From an uncultured Planctomycetaceae bacterium (GTDB taxonomy: Bacteria; Planctomycetota; Planctomycetia; Pirellulales; PALSA-1355), in NCBI GenBank assembly GCA_963785305.1, contig CAWAUV010000005.1, forward strand, positions 288,001 through 352,000: 64,000 bases of DNA, in the 5' to 3' direction. The position numbers were made by a program, and so were the translations under genes. Of the stretch, positions 1 to 10,214 are shown in pieces. Position 1 is the stretch's first letter; the number at the start of each line of letters is the position of its first letter. The notes under the pieces were generated by a model, which did no database searches, was not told the origin of the DNA, and worked only from the letters and a program-made list of their open reading frames with translations.

Positions 1-1727
1 GCGGGAAGGCAACAGTGATGTCGAACGATCATGGCGAGTCCGACGTTTCCCCCACGGAGTCCGGGACCACCCGCACGGCCGGAAACTTTTCTCGCGGAAG
101 CCGGGAGATCCCGGGAACATCCGCTTCACCGGAAGCGGATCGGTCGGAGAAGGCGCGAGGCCACAAGTCCGACATGCACGTTCCCGGGGAGTCAGACAGT
201 TCCATAGTACCAAAGAAGCAGGCGAACAACGACAGCGTGCCGCTGTCGGCGGAGCCCGTGGAGGGAAGGGAGCTGACCGAGGAGAACGCCGAGCAGTCGC
301 TACTGGACCGGACACAGCGCCGGGCTCCCAGGTCGCGCGGACTGCTGGGCGTGCGAGAAGCGGCACAACGCGACAAGAAGATGCGGTTCAACAATCTGCT
401 GAACCATGTCACGCCCGAACTGCTGGTGGCGAGTTTCTTCGACCTGAAGAAGCAAGCCGCGCCCGGCGTCGATGGCCTGACATGGGCTCAATACGCCACC
501 GATTTCGAAACGCGGATCGACGATCCGCACAGTCGAATCCATCGGGGAGCCTATCGAGCCAGGCCGTCCAAGCGAACTTGGATTCCCAAGCTCGACGGCA
601 AGCCGCGGCCCCTCGGGATCGCGGCGCTGGAGGACAAGATCGTCCAGCAAGCCGTACGGACGATCCTGGAGTGCATCTACGAAGAGGACTTTCTGGGTTT
701 CAGTTACGGCTTTCGTCCTGGACGAAGCTGTCACCGAGCCTTGGACGCGCTCTACGTGGGCATCAAGAAGCGGAAAGTGAACTGGATTTTGGATGCGGAC
801 ATCCGCGGCTTCTTCGACAACATCGACCACGCATGGTTGATGAAGTTCCTGGAGCATCGGATCGCCGACCGACGACTGCTTCGGCTGCTGAAGAAATGGC
901 TTCGAGCCGGAGTGTCGGAAGATGGCGAATGGTCCCCGAGCACCGTGGGAACACCTCAAGGAGCGGTGATTTCGCCGCTCTATTCGAACGTGTTCTTGCA
1001 CTATGTTCTGGACCTGTGGCTGGTGGCGTGGCGGAAACGCCATGCCGTGGGCGAGGTCATCATCGTGCGCTATGCGGACGATTTCGTAGTCGGATTCCGC
1101 GAGGAGTCCGACGCGCGACGCTGCCTGGCGGCGCTCCGGGAACGCTTCACCAAATTCGGTTTGGAACCGCACCCGGAGAAGACGCGGCTGATCGAGTTCG
1201 GACGCTATGCGGCCGAACGACGATCGAAGCGTGGCGATGGCCCACCGGAGACATTCGACTTCCTGGGCTTCACCCACATCAGTGGCGTGACCCGGAAGGG
1301 CGAATTCACCATTCGCCGCATCTCATCGGCCAAGAAGTTTCGTGGCAAACTGCGCGAACTGAAAGAAGCGCTGCGCGGGAAAATGCACATGGACTTGCGC
1401 AAGTCGGGCCATGGCTATCGAGCGTTTACCGGGGATGGCTCAATTACCATGCGATTCCCGGCAACTCGGTGCGATTGCAACAATTCCGCACGGCGCTCCA
1501 GAAACTCTGGCTCCGCATGCTGCGGCGACGCAGCCAACGCGGACGCCGGATGACCTGGCGGAAGTTCTCGCAGCTTTGCAAACGATGGCTTCCCACCCCG
1601 AAAATCCTGCATCCTTATCCCGAAGTGCGGTTTGATCGTTTGTATCCAAGGTAGGAGCCGTATGCGGTAGTTCCGCACGTACGGATCTGTGCGGGGGGCG
1701 GCCCGAAAGGGCCATCCCTACCGCGAT
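1..1727 (+). mobile_element. Group II intron, copy 1 (5' end outside window; IEP without endonuclease domain)
   Basis: RT ORF with YADD; domain V GAGCCGTATGCGG...CCGCACGTACGGATC from 1655; domain VI ending CCTACCGCGAT at 1727; near-identical to 5347-7265. Confidence 0.95.
15..1654 (+). CDS. ltrA: Group II intron reverse transcriptase/maturase, one-base deletion at ~1397 relative to copy 2
   Basis: AAPGVDG, RPLGI, GFRPGRSCH, DADIRGFFDNIDH, GTPQG, RYADD motifs; the maturase C-terminus continues in the 482..1654 frame; true start uncertain. Confidence 0.93.
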
Positions 1728-1768
1728 ATTCATTGATTTTGCTGGCGGTTGTTGGTAGGCTGGCGGCC

Positions 1769-1893
1769 ATGCCACAACCACCACGAGCCGACGAAGCTGG
1801 CGGCGTCTACCATGCCCTGAATCGAGCGACTTCCCGGGCCAAGATATTCCGCAACGACGCGCATTACGAAGCCTTCGAGCACGTGCTCGGTGC
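1769..1893 (+). pseudogene. N-terminal fragment of REP-associated tyrosine transposase (RAYT, Y1/IS200-like HUH), truncated by IS66
   Basis: Hand translation MPQPPRADEAGGVYHALNRATSRAKIFRNDAHYEAFEHVLG matches the MPRxPR...GxxYHxxNR...IF...Y..F start of this family; not in the ORF track. Confidence 0.75.
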
Positions 1894-3066
1894 GTAACTG
1901 TTAAGCATTTCCTCTTTCCCGAAATTGGGTTTTCGGTCACATTGATTGGATCATGGATGATCGAGATCGACGGATCGCCGAGTTGGAAGCGGAAATCGCC
2001 CGGTTGCAGGCGGAGAACGGAACGCTGCGCAAGCGCGTCGAGCAACTCGAACAGCAAGTCCAAAAGTTTTTGCAGCGGCGCAAGAAAACCCGCTCGGCCG
2101 CCGATGCGCGGCGTGGCGAACAGGATCGCCGCCGCAAGCAGTTTCGCAAACATCCGGGCAGCTTTCGTCCAGAGCCGCCGCCCGGCCCATCGCATATCGA
2201 AATACATAGTATTCATCGAACATGACGTGCATCCGCGAGAGTGTCCGCATTGCGGCGGCCGCGATCTGACCGCCACCGGCGAGTTCGAAGACCATGAGAT
2301 GGCGGAGATTCCAGAGCCCAAGCTCGAATGGTCATCGCAATCGGGCCGTGCTCGAGCGAGCGTTGGGCACATCGTTCGCGGGCACGCTGGTCAGCGATTT
2401 TTATGCGGTCTACAACGGGCTCGACTGCCGCAAACAGCGCTGCTTGGTCCATTTGCTTCGCGAGTTGCACAAGCTGCGCGAGACGTTGCCGGCGGCGAGC
2501 GTGCGGGCCTTCATCCAGCCGTTGATCACGCTGTTTCAAGACGCGATCCGGTTGGGCCACGAGCGCAAGTCGCTCGGCAAAAAAGCTTTCAACGCGGCCC
2601 GACACGAGATTCAAAACCGTTTCGACACGTTGATGCTCGAGACGCGCGTGCGGCATCGCGAATGTTTGCGAATCTGGCGCCGGCTGTTCAAGCACTCGGA
2701 CGAATTGTTCACCTTCCTCGACGATGCGAATGTTCCGGCCGACAACAACGGAACCGAACGCGACATCCGAAGCCTGGCGGCGGCGAGGAATGATGGCGGC
2801 ACGCATCGGACCGAATGGAGCGCGGCGGCGTTCGCCCGAATCAAGAGCGTGATCGCGACCGGCGCGAAAAACGGTTTGAGCTTCGCAAGGTATGGAATCG
2901 AAGTCGTGCGCGCTAAATTGCAAGGCAAGACCCTGCCGCTGCCGATCACCAATAGCAGTTAAAACATCCGCCACGCGACCCATCCCCGGAAACCCCTCGC
3001 CCGCGATCCCCGCCAATATCGCCACCGCCCCCCCACGCCCAGGCCACGCCACGGCTTAACAGTTAC
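1894..3066 (+). mobile_element. IS66-family element (single-ORF type), internally deleted copy
   Basis: Perfect terminal IR GTAACTGTTAAGC / GCTTAACAGTTAC; nearly identical to 10204-11759 but lacking 383 bp (10939-11321); CPHCGG and DNNGTERDIR motifs. Confidence 0.92.
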
Positions 3067-3146
3067 GATTGGCAGTTCCGCATCGAAAATGCCCGCACGA
3101 AACTGAAACGCCTCTACCCACAAATCAAGACTTGATGCCGCACTAG
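3067..3146 (+). mobile_element. IS630-family 3' remnant
   Basis: Translates DWQFRIENARTKLKRLYPQIKT*, the typical IS630 C-terminus, followed by ...CACTAG end. Confidence 0.75.
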
Positions 3147-5061
3147 CTTCTAAACCAGTATCCCTTTGAGGGCGTGGGCGGGGAGGTTTTTGGAAAAAGC
3201 GAAATCCCTCGGCGGATTTGCGGTATTCTGTGTTTTTTGCCAGTCACGAACACCACGGCCACCGAGGGATTTCGAGTGAAAGCCAAGAACCAAAGAGCGC
3301 GGGCCAAGCGTCAGAGGGCGCAGGCCAAGGGCCGAAGAACACGGGCCAAGATACGCCGACGTCTCGCCGCATGCAAGCGGCGGGTCGAGCGGCGCATCGA
3401 CAAGCACAACTGCGAGGGTTGCGAGCGCCCGATCATGCGGCCCGGCAATATCAAGTATGAGCTTGCGGAGCGCGCGCAAGGCATGGCTTATGGCGGCTTG
3501 GGCGCGATGCGGTTGCTGGTCCAAGAACTGGGGCTGGCCGAAGCGATCGATCGGCGATTGCATCTGCTCAAGGTGCATCTGCCATATCATGAGAGCGATC
3601 ATGTGCTCAACCTAGCGTTCAACGCCTTGTGCGACGGCGATTGCTTGGAAGACCTCGAACTGCGCCGCAACGACGAAGTCTATCTCGACGCGCTCGGCGC
3701 CCGGCGCGTGCCCGATCCGACCACGGCGGGCGACTTCTGCCGACGTTTCAAGCCGAGCGACGTGCGCGCGCTGCAAGAAGCTTTCCACGAAACACGACAT
3801 AAAGCTTGGGCTCGCCAGCCCGCCGAGTTCTTCGCCCAAGCCCGCATCGACATGGACGGCGTGTTCGCGCCCACCGGCGGCCAGTGCAAGGAGGGCATGG
3901 ACATCTCCCACAAGGGCGAATGGGGCTATCATCCGCTGGTCGTGTCGCTGGCCAACACGGGCGAAGTGTTCTCGATCGTCAACCGCTCGGGCAACCGGCC
4001 CAGCCACGAAGGGGCGGCGGCCGAAGTCGATCGCGCGCTGGAAGTCTGCTTCGCCGGCGGCTTTCGCAAGGTGTTGCTCCGCGGCGACACCGACTTCTCG
4101 CAGACGACGCATCTGGACCGCTGGACGGACGACCCGCGCGTGCGATTCGTGTTCGGCATGGACGCCAAGCTGAAATTGCAGCTTTTGGCCGACGACTTGA
4201 AGGACAAGGCCTGGCAACCGCTCGAGCGCGCGCCGCGTTACGCCGTGAAGACCAAACGCCGCGCGCGGCCGACCAACGTTAAAGAAGGCATCGTGCGCGA
4301 GCGGGGATTCAAGAACCTGCGGCTGGTGGGCGAAGAGGTCGCCGAGTTTGATTATCGACCCACGGCGTGCAAGAAGGTGTATCGCCTGGTGGTGGTGCGC
4401 AAGTGGATCGACGAGCACCAAGGTCAGCGGACGCTGTTTTCCAGCTATCGCTACTTCTTCTACTTGACGAACGATCGCGAGCTCACGCCGGCCGAAGTGG
4501 TGTTCGAGGCGAACGACCGCTGCGATCAAGAGAACCTGAACGCGCAGCTTAAAGGCGCGGTGCGCGCCTTGCACGCGCCGGTCGACAACTTGGTGAGCAA
4601 CTGGGCCTACATGGTGATGGTCTCGCTGGCCTGGAACCTGAAGGCGTGGTGGGCCTTGCTCTTGCCCGAGCCGCCGGGCCGCGAACAAGAAGCGCGGCGC
4701 GAGGAAAAGAAGACGGTGCTCAAGATGGAGTTCAAGACATTCCGCAACGCTTTCATTCGGATGCCATGTCAAATCGTGCGTGGCGGGCGAAGATTGATCT
4801 ATCGTTTGTTGGGTTGGAATCGCTGGCAAGTCGTGTTGTTTCGCTGGCTGGACGGCCTGCGATGTTGACGCCGATCAATTGAAGCCGGAGTCCGGACGCT
4901 CCGGTCCGCCGCCACGCCGAACCAGGAAAGCCAACCGCCAATGCCAAACAAAAACCCGCCGCCGAGAGTAGCGCGCCCGCCGGCGCCGCCCGCTCACGCC
5001 GCGCGCACCGCCGGCCACGCGAAACCGCCGCAAAACGCAACCGCGTACGCTTGTTTAAGGT
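3147..5061 (+). mobile_element. IS1380-family element
   Basis: CTAG direct repeats at 3143-3146 and 5062-5065; imperfect IRs (CTTCTAAACCAG / CTTGTTTAAGGT); single transposase. Confidence 0.85.
3276..4868 (+). CDS. IS1380-family DDE transposase
   Basis: PYHESDHVLN, PDPTTAGDFCRRF, GYHPLVVSLANTGE, LLRGDTDF, RCDQEN motifs; GTG start after GAGG. Confidence 0.9.
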   Translation: MKAKNQRARAKRQRAQAKGRRTRAKIRRRLAACKRRVERRIDKHNCEGCERPIMRPGNIKYELAERAQGMAYGGLGAMRLLVQELGLAEAIDRRLHLLKVHLPYHESDHVLNLAFNALCDGDCLEDLELRRNDEVYLDALGARRVPDPTTAGDFCRRFKPSDVRALQEAFHETRHKAWARQPAEFFAQARIDMDGVFAPTGGQCKEGMDISHKGEWGYHPLVVSLANTGEVFSIVNRSGNRPSHEGAAAEVDRALEVCFAGGFRKVLLRGDTDFSQTTHLDRWTDDPRVRFVFGMDAKLKLQLLADDLKDKAWQPLERAPRYAVKTKRRARPTNVKEGIVRERGFKNLRLVGEEVAEFDYRPTACKKVYRLVVVRKWIDEHQGQRTLFSSYRYFFYLTNDRELTPAEVVFEANDRCDQENLNAQLKGAVRALHAPVDNLVSNWAYMVMVSLAWNLKAWWALLLPEPPGREQEARREEKKTVLKMEFKTFRNAFIRMPCQIVRGGRRLIYRLLGWNRWQVVLFRWLDGLRC

Positions 5062-5346
5062 CTAGCCGAACTTAATCCAGCTCATCGGGAAATGGCTTAT
5101 CAATTTGCGCAGGAGTGCATCGACGGCTTCACCAGAGAACTACTTCGCTTGCTTGCTAACAGCGGATTCGATTTACCCTTAAATGACCAAAATGCTGTTC
5201 GCTTCCGGCTAGTTATGGAACTTTGCGATGGCCGCACAGGTGATGTTATTGTTGAAGAAGTCCTGAATCGGGGCGGTAGGCATTTCCCGGATTATTGGGC
5301 ACGGTGGTTAAATCGCTATTCGGCGGAACAATCCAAAGGGGTCAGG
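5062..5346 (+). pseudogene. Low-GC cassette ORF (possible immunity protein), 5'-truncated by IS, 3' end interrupted by intron
   Basis: Frame is open from the IS junction (LAELNPAHREMAYQF...); removing intron 2 gives ...SKGVRTH* using the repeat's TGA. Confidence 0.55.
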
Positions 5347-7265
5347 GTGCGCCGGCGCGAAGCCGGAGGAGAGTAGCGAATGAAAGAGTCGCACGAGGCA
5401 AGGCCTAGCCAGCCACCTCGGCCTCGAGTGATGCGTCGTGTCGGGCAACTGGCAGGGCGAAGCGTTCACAGAGGCACGGCCGGGCGGTGTATCGAGCTCC
5501 GAAAACATTCTTTTGTGGCGGCCGACCTTGTCCTGACAAAGGGAAGGCAACAGTGATGTCGAACGATCATGGCGAGTCCGACGTCTCCCCCACGGAGTCC
5601 GGGACCACCCGCACGGCCGGAAACTTTTCTCGCGGAAGCCGGGAGATCCCGGGAACATCCGCTTCGCTTGAAGCGGATCGGTCGGAGAAGGCGCGAGGCC
5701 ACAAGTCCGACATGCACGTTCCCGGGGAGTCAGACAGTTCCATAGTACCAAAGAAGCAGGCGAACAACGACAGCGTGCCGCTGTCGGCGGAGCCCGTGGA
5801 GGGAAGGGAGCTGACCGAGGAGAACGCCGAGCAGTCGCTACTGGACCGGACACACGCCGGGCTCCCAGGTCGCGCGGACTGCTGGGCGTGCGAGAAGCGG
5901 CACAACGCGACAAGAAGATGCGGTTCAACAATCTGCTGAACCATGTCACGCCCGAACTGCTGGTGGCGAGTTTCTTCGACCTGAAGAAGCAAGCCGCGCC
6001 CGGCGTCGATGGCCTGACATGGGCTCAATACGCCACCGATTTCGAAACGCGGATCGACGATCCGCACAGTCGAATCCATCGGGGAGCCTATCGAGCCAGG
6101 CCGTCCAAGCGAACTTGGATTCCCAAGCTCGACGGCAAGCCGCGGCCCCTCGGGATCGCGGCGCTGGAGGACAAGATCGTCCAGCAAGCCGTACGGACGA
6201 TCCTGGAGTGCATCTACGAAGAGGACTTTCTGGGTTTCAGTTACGGCTTTCGTCCTGGACGAAGCTGTCACCGAGCCTTGGACGCGCTCTACGTGGGCAT
6301 CAAGAAGCGGAAAGTGAACTGGATTTTGGATGCGGACATCCGCGGCTTCTTCGACAACATCGACCACGCATGGTTGATGAAGTTCCTGGAGCATCGGATC
6401 GCCGACCGACGACTGCTTCGGCTGCTGAAGAAATGGCTTCGAGCCGGAGTGTCGGAAGATGGCGAATGGTCCCCGAGCACCGTGGGAACACCTCAAGGAG
6501 CGGTGATTTCGCCGCTCTATTCGAACGTGTTCTTGCACTATGTTCTGGACCTGTGGCTGGTGGCGTGGCGGAAACGCCATGCCGTGGGCGAGGTCATCAT
6601 CGTGCGCTATGCGGATGATTTCGTAGTCGGATTCCGCGAGGAGTCCGACGCGCGACGCTGCCTGGCGGCGCTCCGGGAACGCTTCACCAAATTCGGTTTG
6701 GAACCGCACCCGGAGAAGACGCGGCTGATCGAGTTCGGACGCTATGCGGCCGAACGACGATCGAAGCGTGGCGATGGCCCACCGGAGACATTCGACTTCC
6801 TGGGCTTCACCCACATCAGTGGCGTGACCCGGAAGGGCGAATTCACCATTCGCCGCATCTCATCGGCCAAGAAGTTTCGTGGCAAACTGCGCGAACTGAA
6901 AGAAGCGCTGCGCGGGAAAATGCACATGGACTTGGCGCAAGTCGGGCCATGGCTATCGAGCGTTTACCGGGGATGGCTCAATTACCATGCGATTCCCGGC
7001 AACTCGGTGCGATTGCAACAATTCCGCACGGCGCTCCAGAAACTCTGGCTCCGCATGCTGCGGCGACGCAGCCAACGCGGACGCCGGATGACCTGGCGGA
7101 AGTTCTCGCAGCTTTGCAAACGATGGCTTCCCACCCCGAAAATCCTGCATCCTTATCCCGAAGTGCGGTTTGGTCGTTTGTATCCAAGGTAGGAGCCGTA
7201 TGCGGTAGTTCCGCACGTACGGATCTGTGCGGGGGGTGGCCCGAAAGGGCCATCCCTACCGCGAT
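5347..7265 (+). mobile_element. Group II intron, copy 2, complete (1919 nt)
   Basis: 5' GTGCG at 5347; EBS1 CCTGAC (5532-5537) complementary to 5' exon GTCAGG; RT ORF; domains V/VI ending ...CTACCGCGAT. Confidence 0.96.
5888..7192 (+). CDS. ltrA: Group II intron reverse transcriptase/maturase
   Basis: RT motifs including YADD plus maturase domain, no HNH; one-base deletion at ~5855 upstream relative to copy 1. Confidence 0.95.
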   Translation: MREAAQRDKKMRFNNLLNHVTPELLVASFFDLKKQAAPGVDGLTWAQYATDFETRIDDPHSRIHRGAYRARPSKRTWIPKLDGKPRPLGIAALEDKIVQQAVRTILECIYEEDFLGFSYGFRPGRSCHRALDALYVGIKKRKVNWILDADIRGFFDNIDHAWLMKFLEHRIADRRLLRLLKKWLRAGVSEDGEWSPSTVGTPQGAVISPLYSNVFLHYVLDLWLVAWRKRHAVGEVIIVRYADDFVVGFREESDARRCLAALRERFTKFGLEPHPEKTRLIEFGRYAAERRSKRGDGPPETFDFLGFTHISGVTRKGEFTIRRISSAKKFRGKLRELKEALRGKMHMDLAQVGPWLSSVYRGWLNYHAIPGNSVRLQQFRTALQKLWLRMLRRRSQRGRRMTWRKFSQLCKRWLPTPKILHPYPEVRFGRLYPR

Positions 7266-7302
7266 ACTCATTGATTGTTCTGGCAGGTGCGGAGGGGTCA
7301 GG

Positions 7303-7460
7303 GCGCCGCGGCCGAAGCCGGGGAGAGTCGCGAATGAAAGCGTCGCACGAGGTAAGGCTTAGCCTGGCGTCTCGGCCCCGAGTGATGCGTCGTGTCGGGC
7401 AACCGGCAAGGCGGAGCGTTCACAGGTGCACGGCCGGGCTGTGTATTGAGCTCCGAAAAC
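7303..7460 (+). mobile_element. Diverged 5' relic of a related group II intron (domain I only)
   Basis: Collinear with about 5349-5506 (GAATGAAAG.GTCGCACGAGG...GTGATGCGTCGTGTCGGGCAAC...GAGCTCCGAAAAC); preceded by GGGGTCAGG. Confidence 0.88.
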
Positions 7461-9901
7461 AAGCCGTCCAGCACTTGCGCGAAGCCGGCCAAGGCCAAAA
7501 CGGCCCGGCGCCCGGCACGAGCCCCTTGCCGTTCACCTCCGGCTCGATCACGACGACGCAAGTTTGGGACGGCAATGGGAACCTGTTGCAACTGATCGAC
7601 GACCGGGGCGATGTCACGAGTTTTCAATATGATACAATGGACCGCGAAGTCTTGATGACCTTCCACGACGGCTCGACGCGCACTCGCGTCTACGACGAGG
7701 CCAACGACGTGGTCACCTATACCGACGAAAACGGCTCGGTGTTCTCGAACACCTTTGATCCGGCCGGGCGAAAGGTTTCGGTATCGATCAGCCTCGCCAC
7801 CGGCGTCGTCGGCACGAATTATCAATCGTTCCAATACGATGGCCTCTCGCGGATGACCGACTCGCAAGACAGCGTGAGCGGAACCGTCGCCGAAGTGGTG
7901 ACCGTTTATGATTCGCTCTCTCGCGTGCTCGAGGAATCGCAAGTCTATGATGGCGCCACGCGCAACGTGACCAACGCCGCGTACACCTCGAGCCCATTGA
8001 CCGGCTTCACCTTCCCGAATGGCCGGCAACTTGTCAATTATTACGACGTGCTCTACCGCCGCACCTTGGCGCAGGACGTGACGAACACCCTCGATGTCGC
8101 GAGCTGGCAATTCTTCGGCCCAAGCCGGGTGGCCGAAGTCGCGCTCGGCTACGGCCTGATCTGCACTTGGCTGAACAATGCCCGCACGAACTCCGCCGTG
8201 CAGTCGAGCGTGAGCAATCCCAGTTGGGGCAATCAGTCCAGCGATCGCCTCGGCTACGATGGCGCCGGTCGGCCAATCACCAAGCGCTTTTTGAGTGGCA
8301 GCGTCAACGGCACGACCCACGCTTACAACGACACCACCGCGGCCGTCGGCTTCACGACCGCGTACGACCGTTCGTCAAACAAGCTCTACGAGCGTTCACT
8401 CCACTGCGAAGAGCGCGACCATCTTTATCAGGCGTTCGACCCGACGACGAATTGGCCGGTCGCCGGTTGCTACGATTCGCTGGGCCGCCTGCTCCAGTAC
8501 CAGCGCGGCGTCTTCAGCGCCACCGGCGGCCCCGGCAATGCCGGCGGCGGTTCGATTTCCACCGCGATCACGCTGCCGAACACCAACACCGAGGCGGAAT
8601 ATGTGCTCGACGGCCTCGGCAACTGGCGACGTTTCATCACCGACCCGGTCGGCGGCTCGCTGACGACCGAAGTTCGCCAGCACAACGGGGTCAATCAGAT
8701 CACCCGCGTCAGCGTCGTTGGGACGAATACCAACTTCGCTTACGACCACGGCGACAACGGCTCGAACAGCGATCCATCCATTGCCCGCCGCGGCAATGGC
8801 AACCTGGCGAACGACGGAATTCGCTCCTACACCTGGGACGCCCTCAATCGCCTTGTGCAAGTCAACCGAGTGAGCGACGGCGCCATCATCCAGCAAAGCG
8901 TCTACGACGCCATGAACCGCCGCATTCAGGTCACCGTCAGCAACGGCGGCCTCTCCGGAACGATCCCCAACGGCACGACGGATTTCATCTACAGCGGCTG
9001 GCGCCGCGTCGAGGAACGCCAAACAATCAGCGGAACCGACACGCCAACCAAACAGTACATCTGGGGCATCTATCTCGACGAATGCTTGCAGCAGTATAAT
9101 TATGTCGCGCTTAACGGCTTCGGGGCTGACGAGGAACTTTACCCGCTACAAGACCTGCTCTACCGCACCATTGCCCTCGCCGATTCGAGCGGCGTCATCC
9201 GCGAAGCCTACGACTACGACGCCTACGGCAACACGCTCATCTTCAGGAATTCCGGCTCACCACCCACTGCCATCGCCTGGGATGATAGCGATACCCAAGT
9301 CGCATTCCCGACTTGCGATGTGCTGTTCACGGGACAGAAATTCGACGCGGAAACCTCAATATATTACTACAAGGAACGGGAATATATTCCGGAATGGGGA
9401 CGGTTTGCGAGCAGGGATCCGATCGGTTACGATGCGCGTGACTGGAATCTGTATCGATATGTGTCGAACGGTCCGACGACTTTTAGTGATCCGACCGGCC
9501 GCGAGGCAGCTGCCGCGCTTGGCGGTTGTGTTGCGGGCGCTATCGGCGCGGGTGTCGGGACGTTACTTGTTCAATGGTGGAACGGTCGCGGATGGTGTTG
9601 GAAGAAAGCCGGCTGCAGTGCTGTGGGGGGCTGTGTAACTGGTGGTTTGATCGGTGCGTTTCCTAGCTGGCAAGCCGGTTGCATTGGGGGTGGGCTTGGA
9701 AGTCTTGCAACCGCTGCATGTGAGGCTGCTGCTGGTCTTCGTGGACCGCTCGATAAGTGTGATGTTTACAACATGACTCTAAACGTCGTGCTTGGATGCA
9801 TTAGCGGCATATCGGCGGAAGCTGCGCAGTCGAAGATAGAGGTCATTTTGACTCTTCTTGGTTTTGACGCCGCTGTGTGGAGCGACATTGCTGGCTGTTA
9901 G
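7461..9901 (+). CDS. RHS/YD-repeat protein, 5'-truncated (orphan-type) with core and C-terminal toxin domain
   Basis: YD repeats; core motifs YDYDAYG, FTGQKFDAET..YYY...Y.P..GRF.SRDPIG, NLYRYV.N.P....DPTG; GC content drops from ~9.3 kb. Confidence 0.92.
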
Positions 9902-9923
9902 TGTTTCACTGGAGGCCCATGAT

Positions 9924-10214
9924 ATGAATTATATCAATTTAGGATTCGGCGTCGTTCTTTCCGCAGCCTTTATCAGCTATCTCTGGCGATTGGCTCTTGT
10001 GCAATGCCGCGGTCAGTTGAGCCAACTGCCGAGAATGATTGCCACAGCATACTTGCTCTCGCTTGGGGTATGCTTTCCGATTGTCATTGGCGCATATGCT
10101 CTCTTGGCTGTTCCGACGGGTTTGTTTAGCATTGCGGTTTTTCGCGCTATCGCTGGATGTTGGCTCTTAACTGGCGCATTCATAGGACTTTGGCTTTCCA
10201 TACGTAACTGTTAA
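9924..10214 (+). CDS. Putative membrane immunity protein; last codons replaced by IS66 end
   Basis: GGAGG RBS; about three hydrophobic segments; directly downstream of RHS C-terminus; low GC. Confidence 0.65.
   Translation: MNYINLGFGVVLSAAFISYLWRLALVQCRGQLSQLPRMIATAYLLSLGVCFPIVIGAYALLAVPTGLFSIAVFRAIAGCWLLTGAFIGLWLSIRNC

Noticed and set aside
15..7192. RTs as retron, DGR or defence RT
   Set aside because: Both are flanked by group II domain V/VI and copy 2 has a GTGCG 5' end; no template/variable repeat pair with A-specific mismatches was seen.
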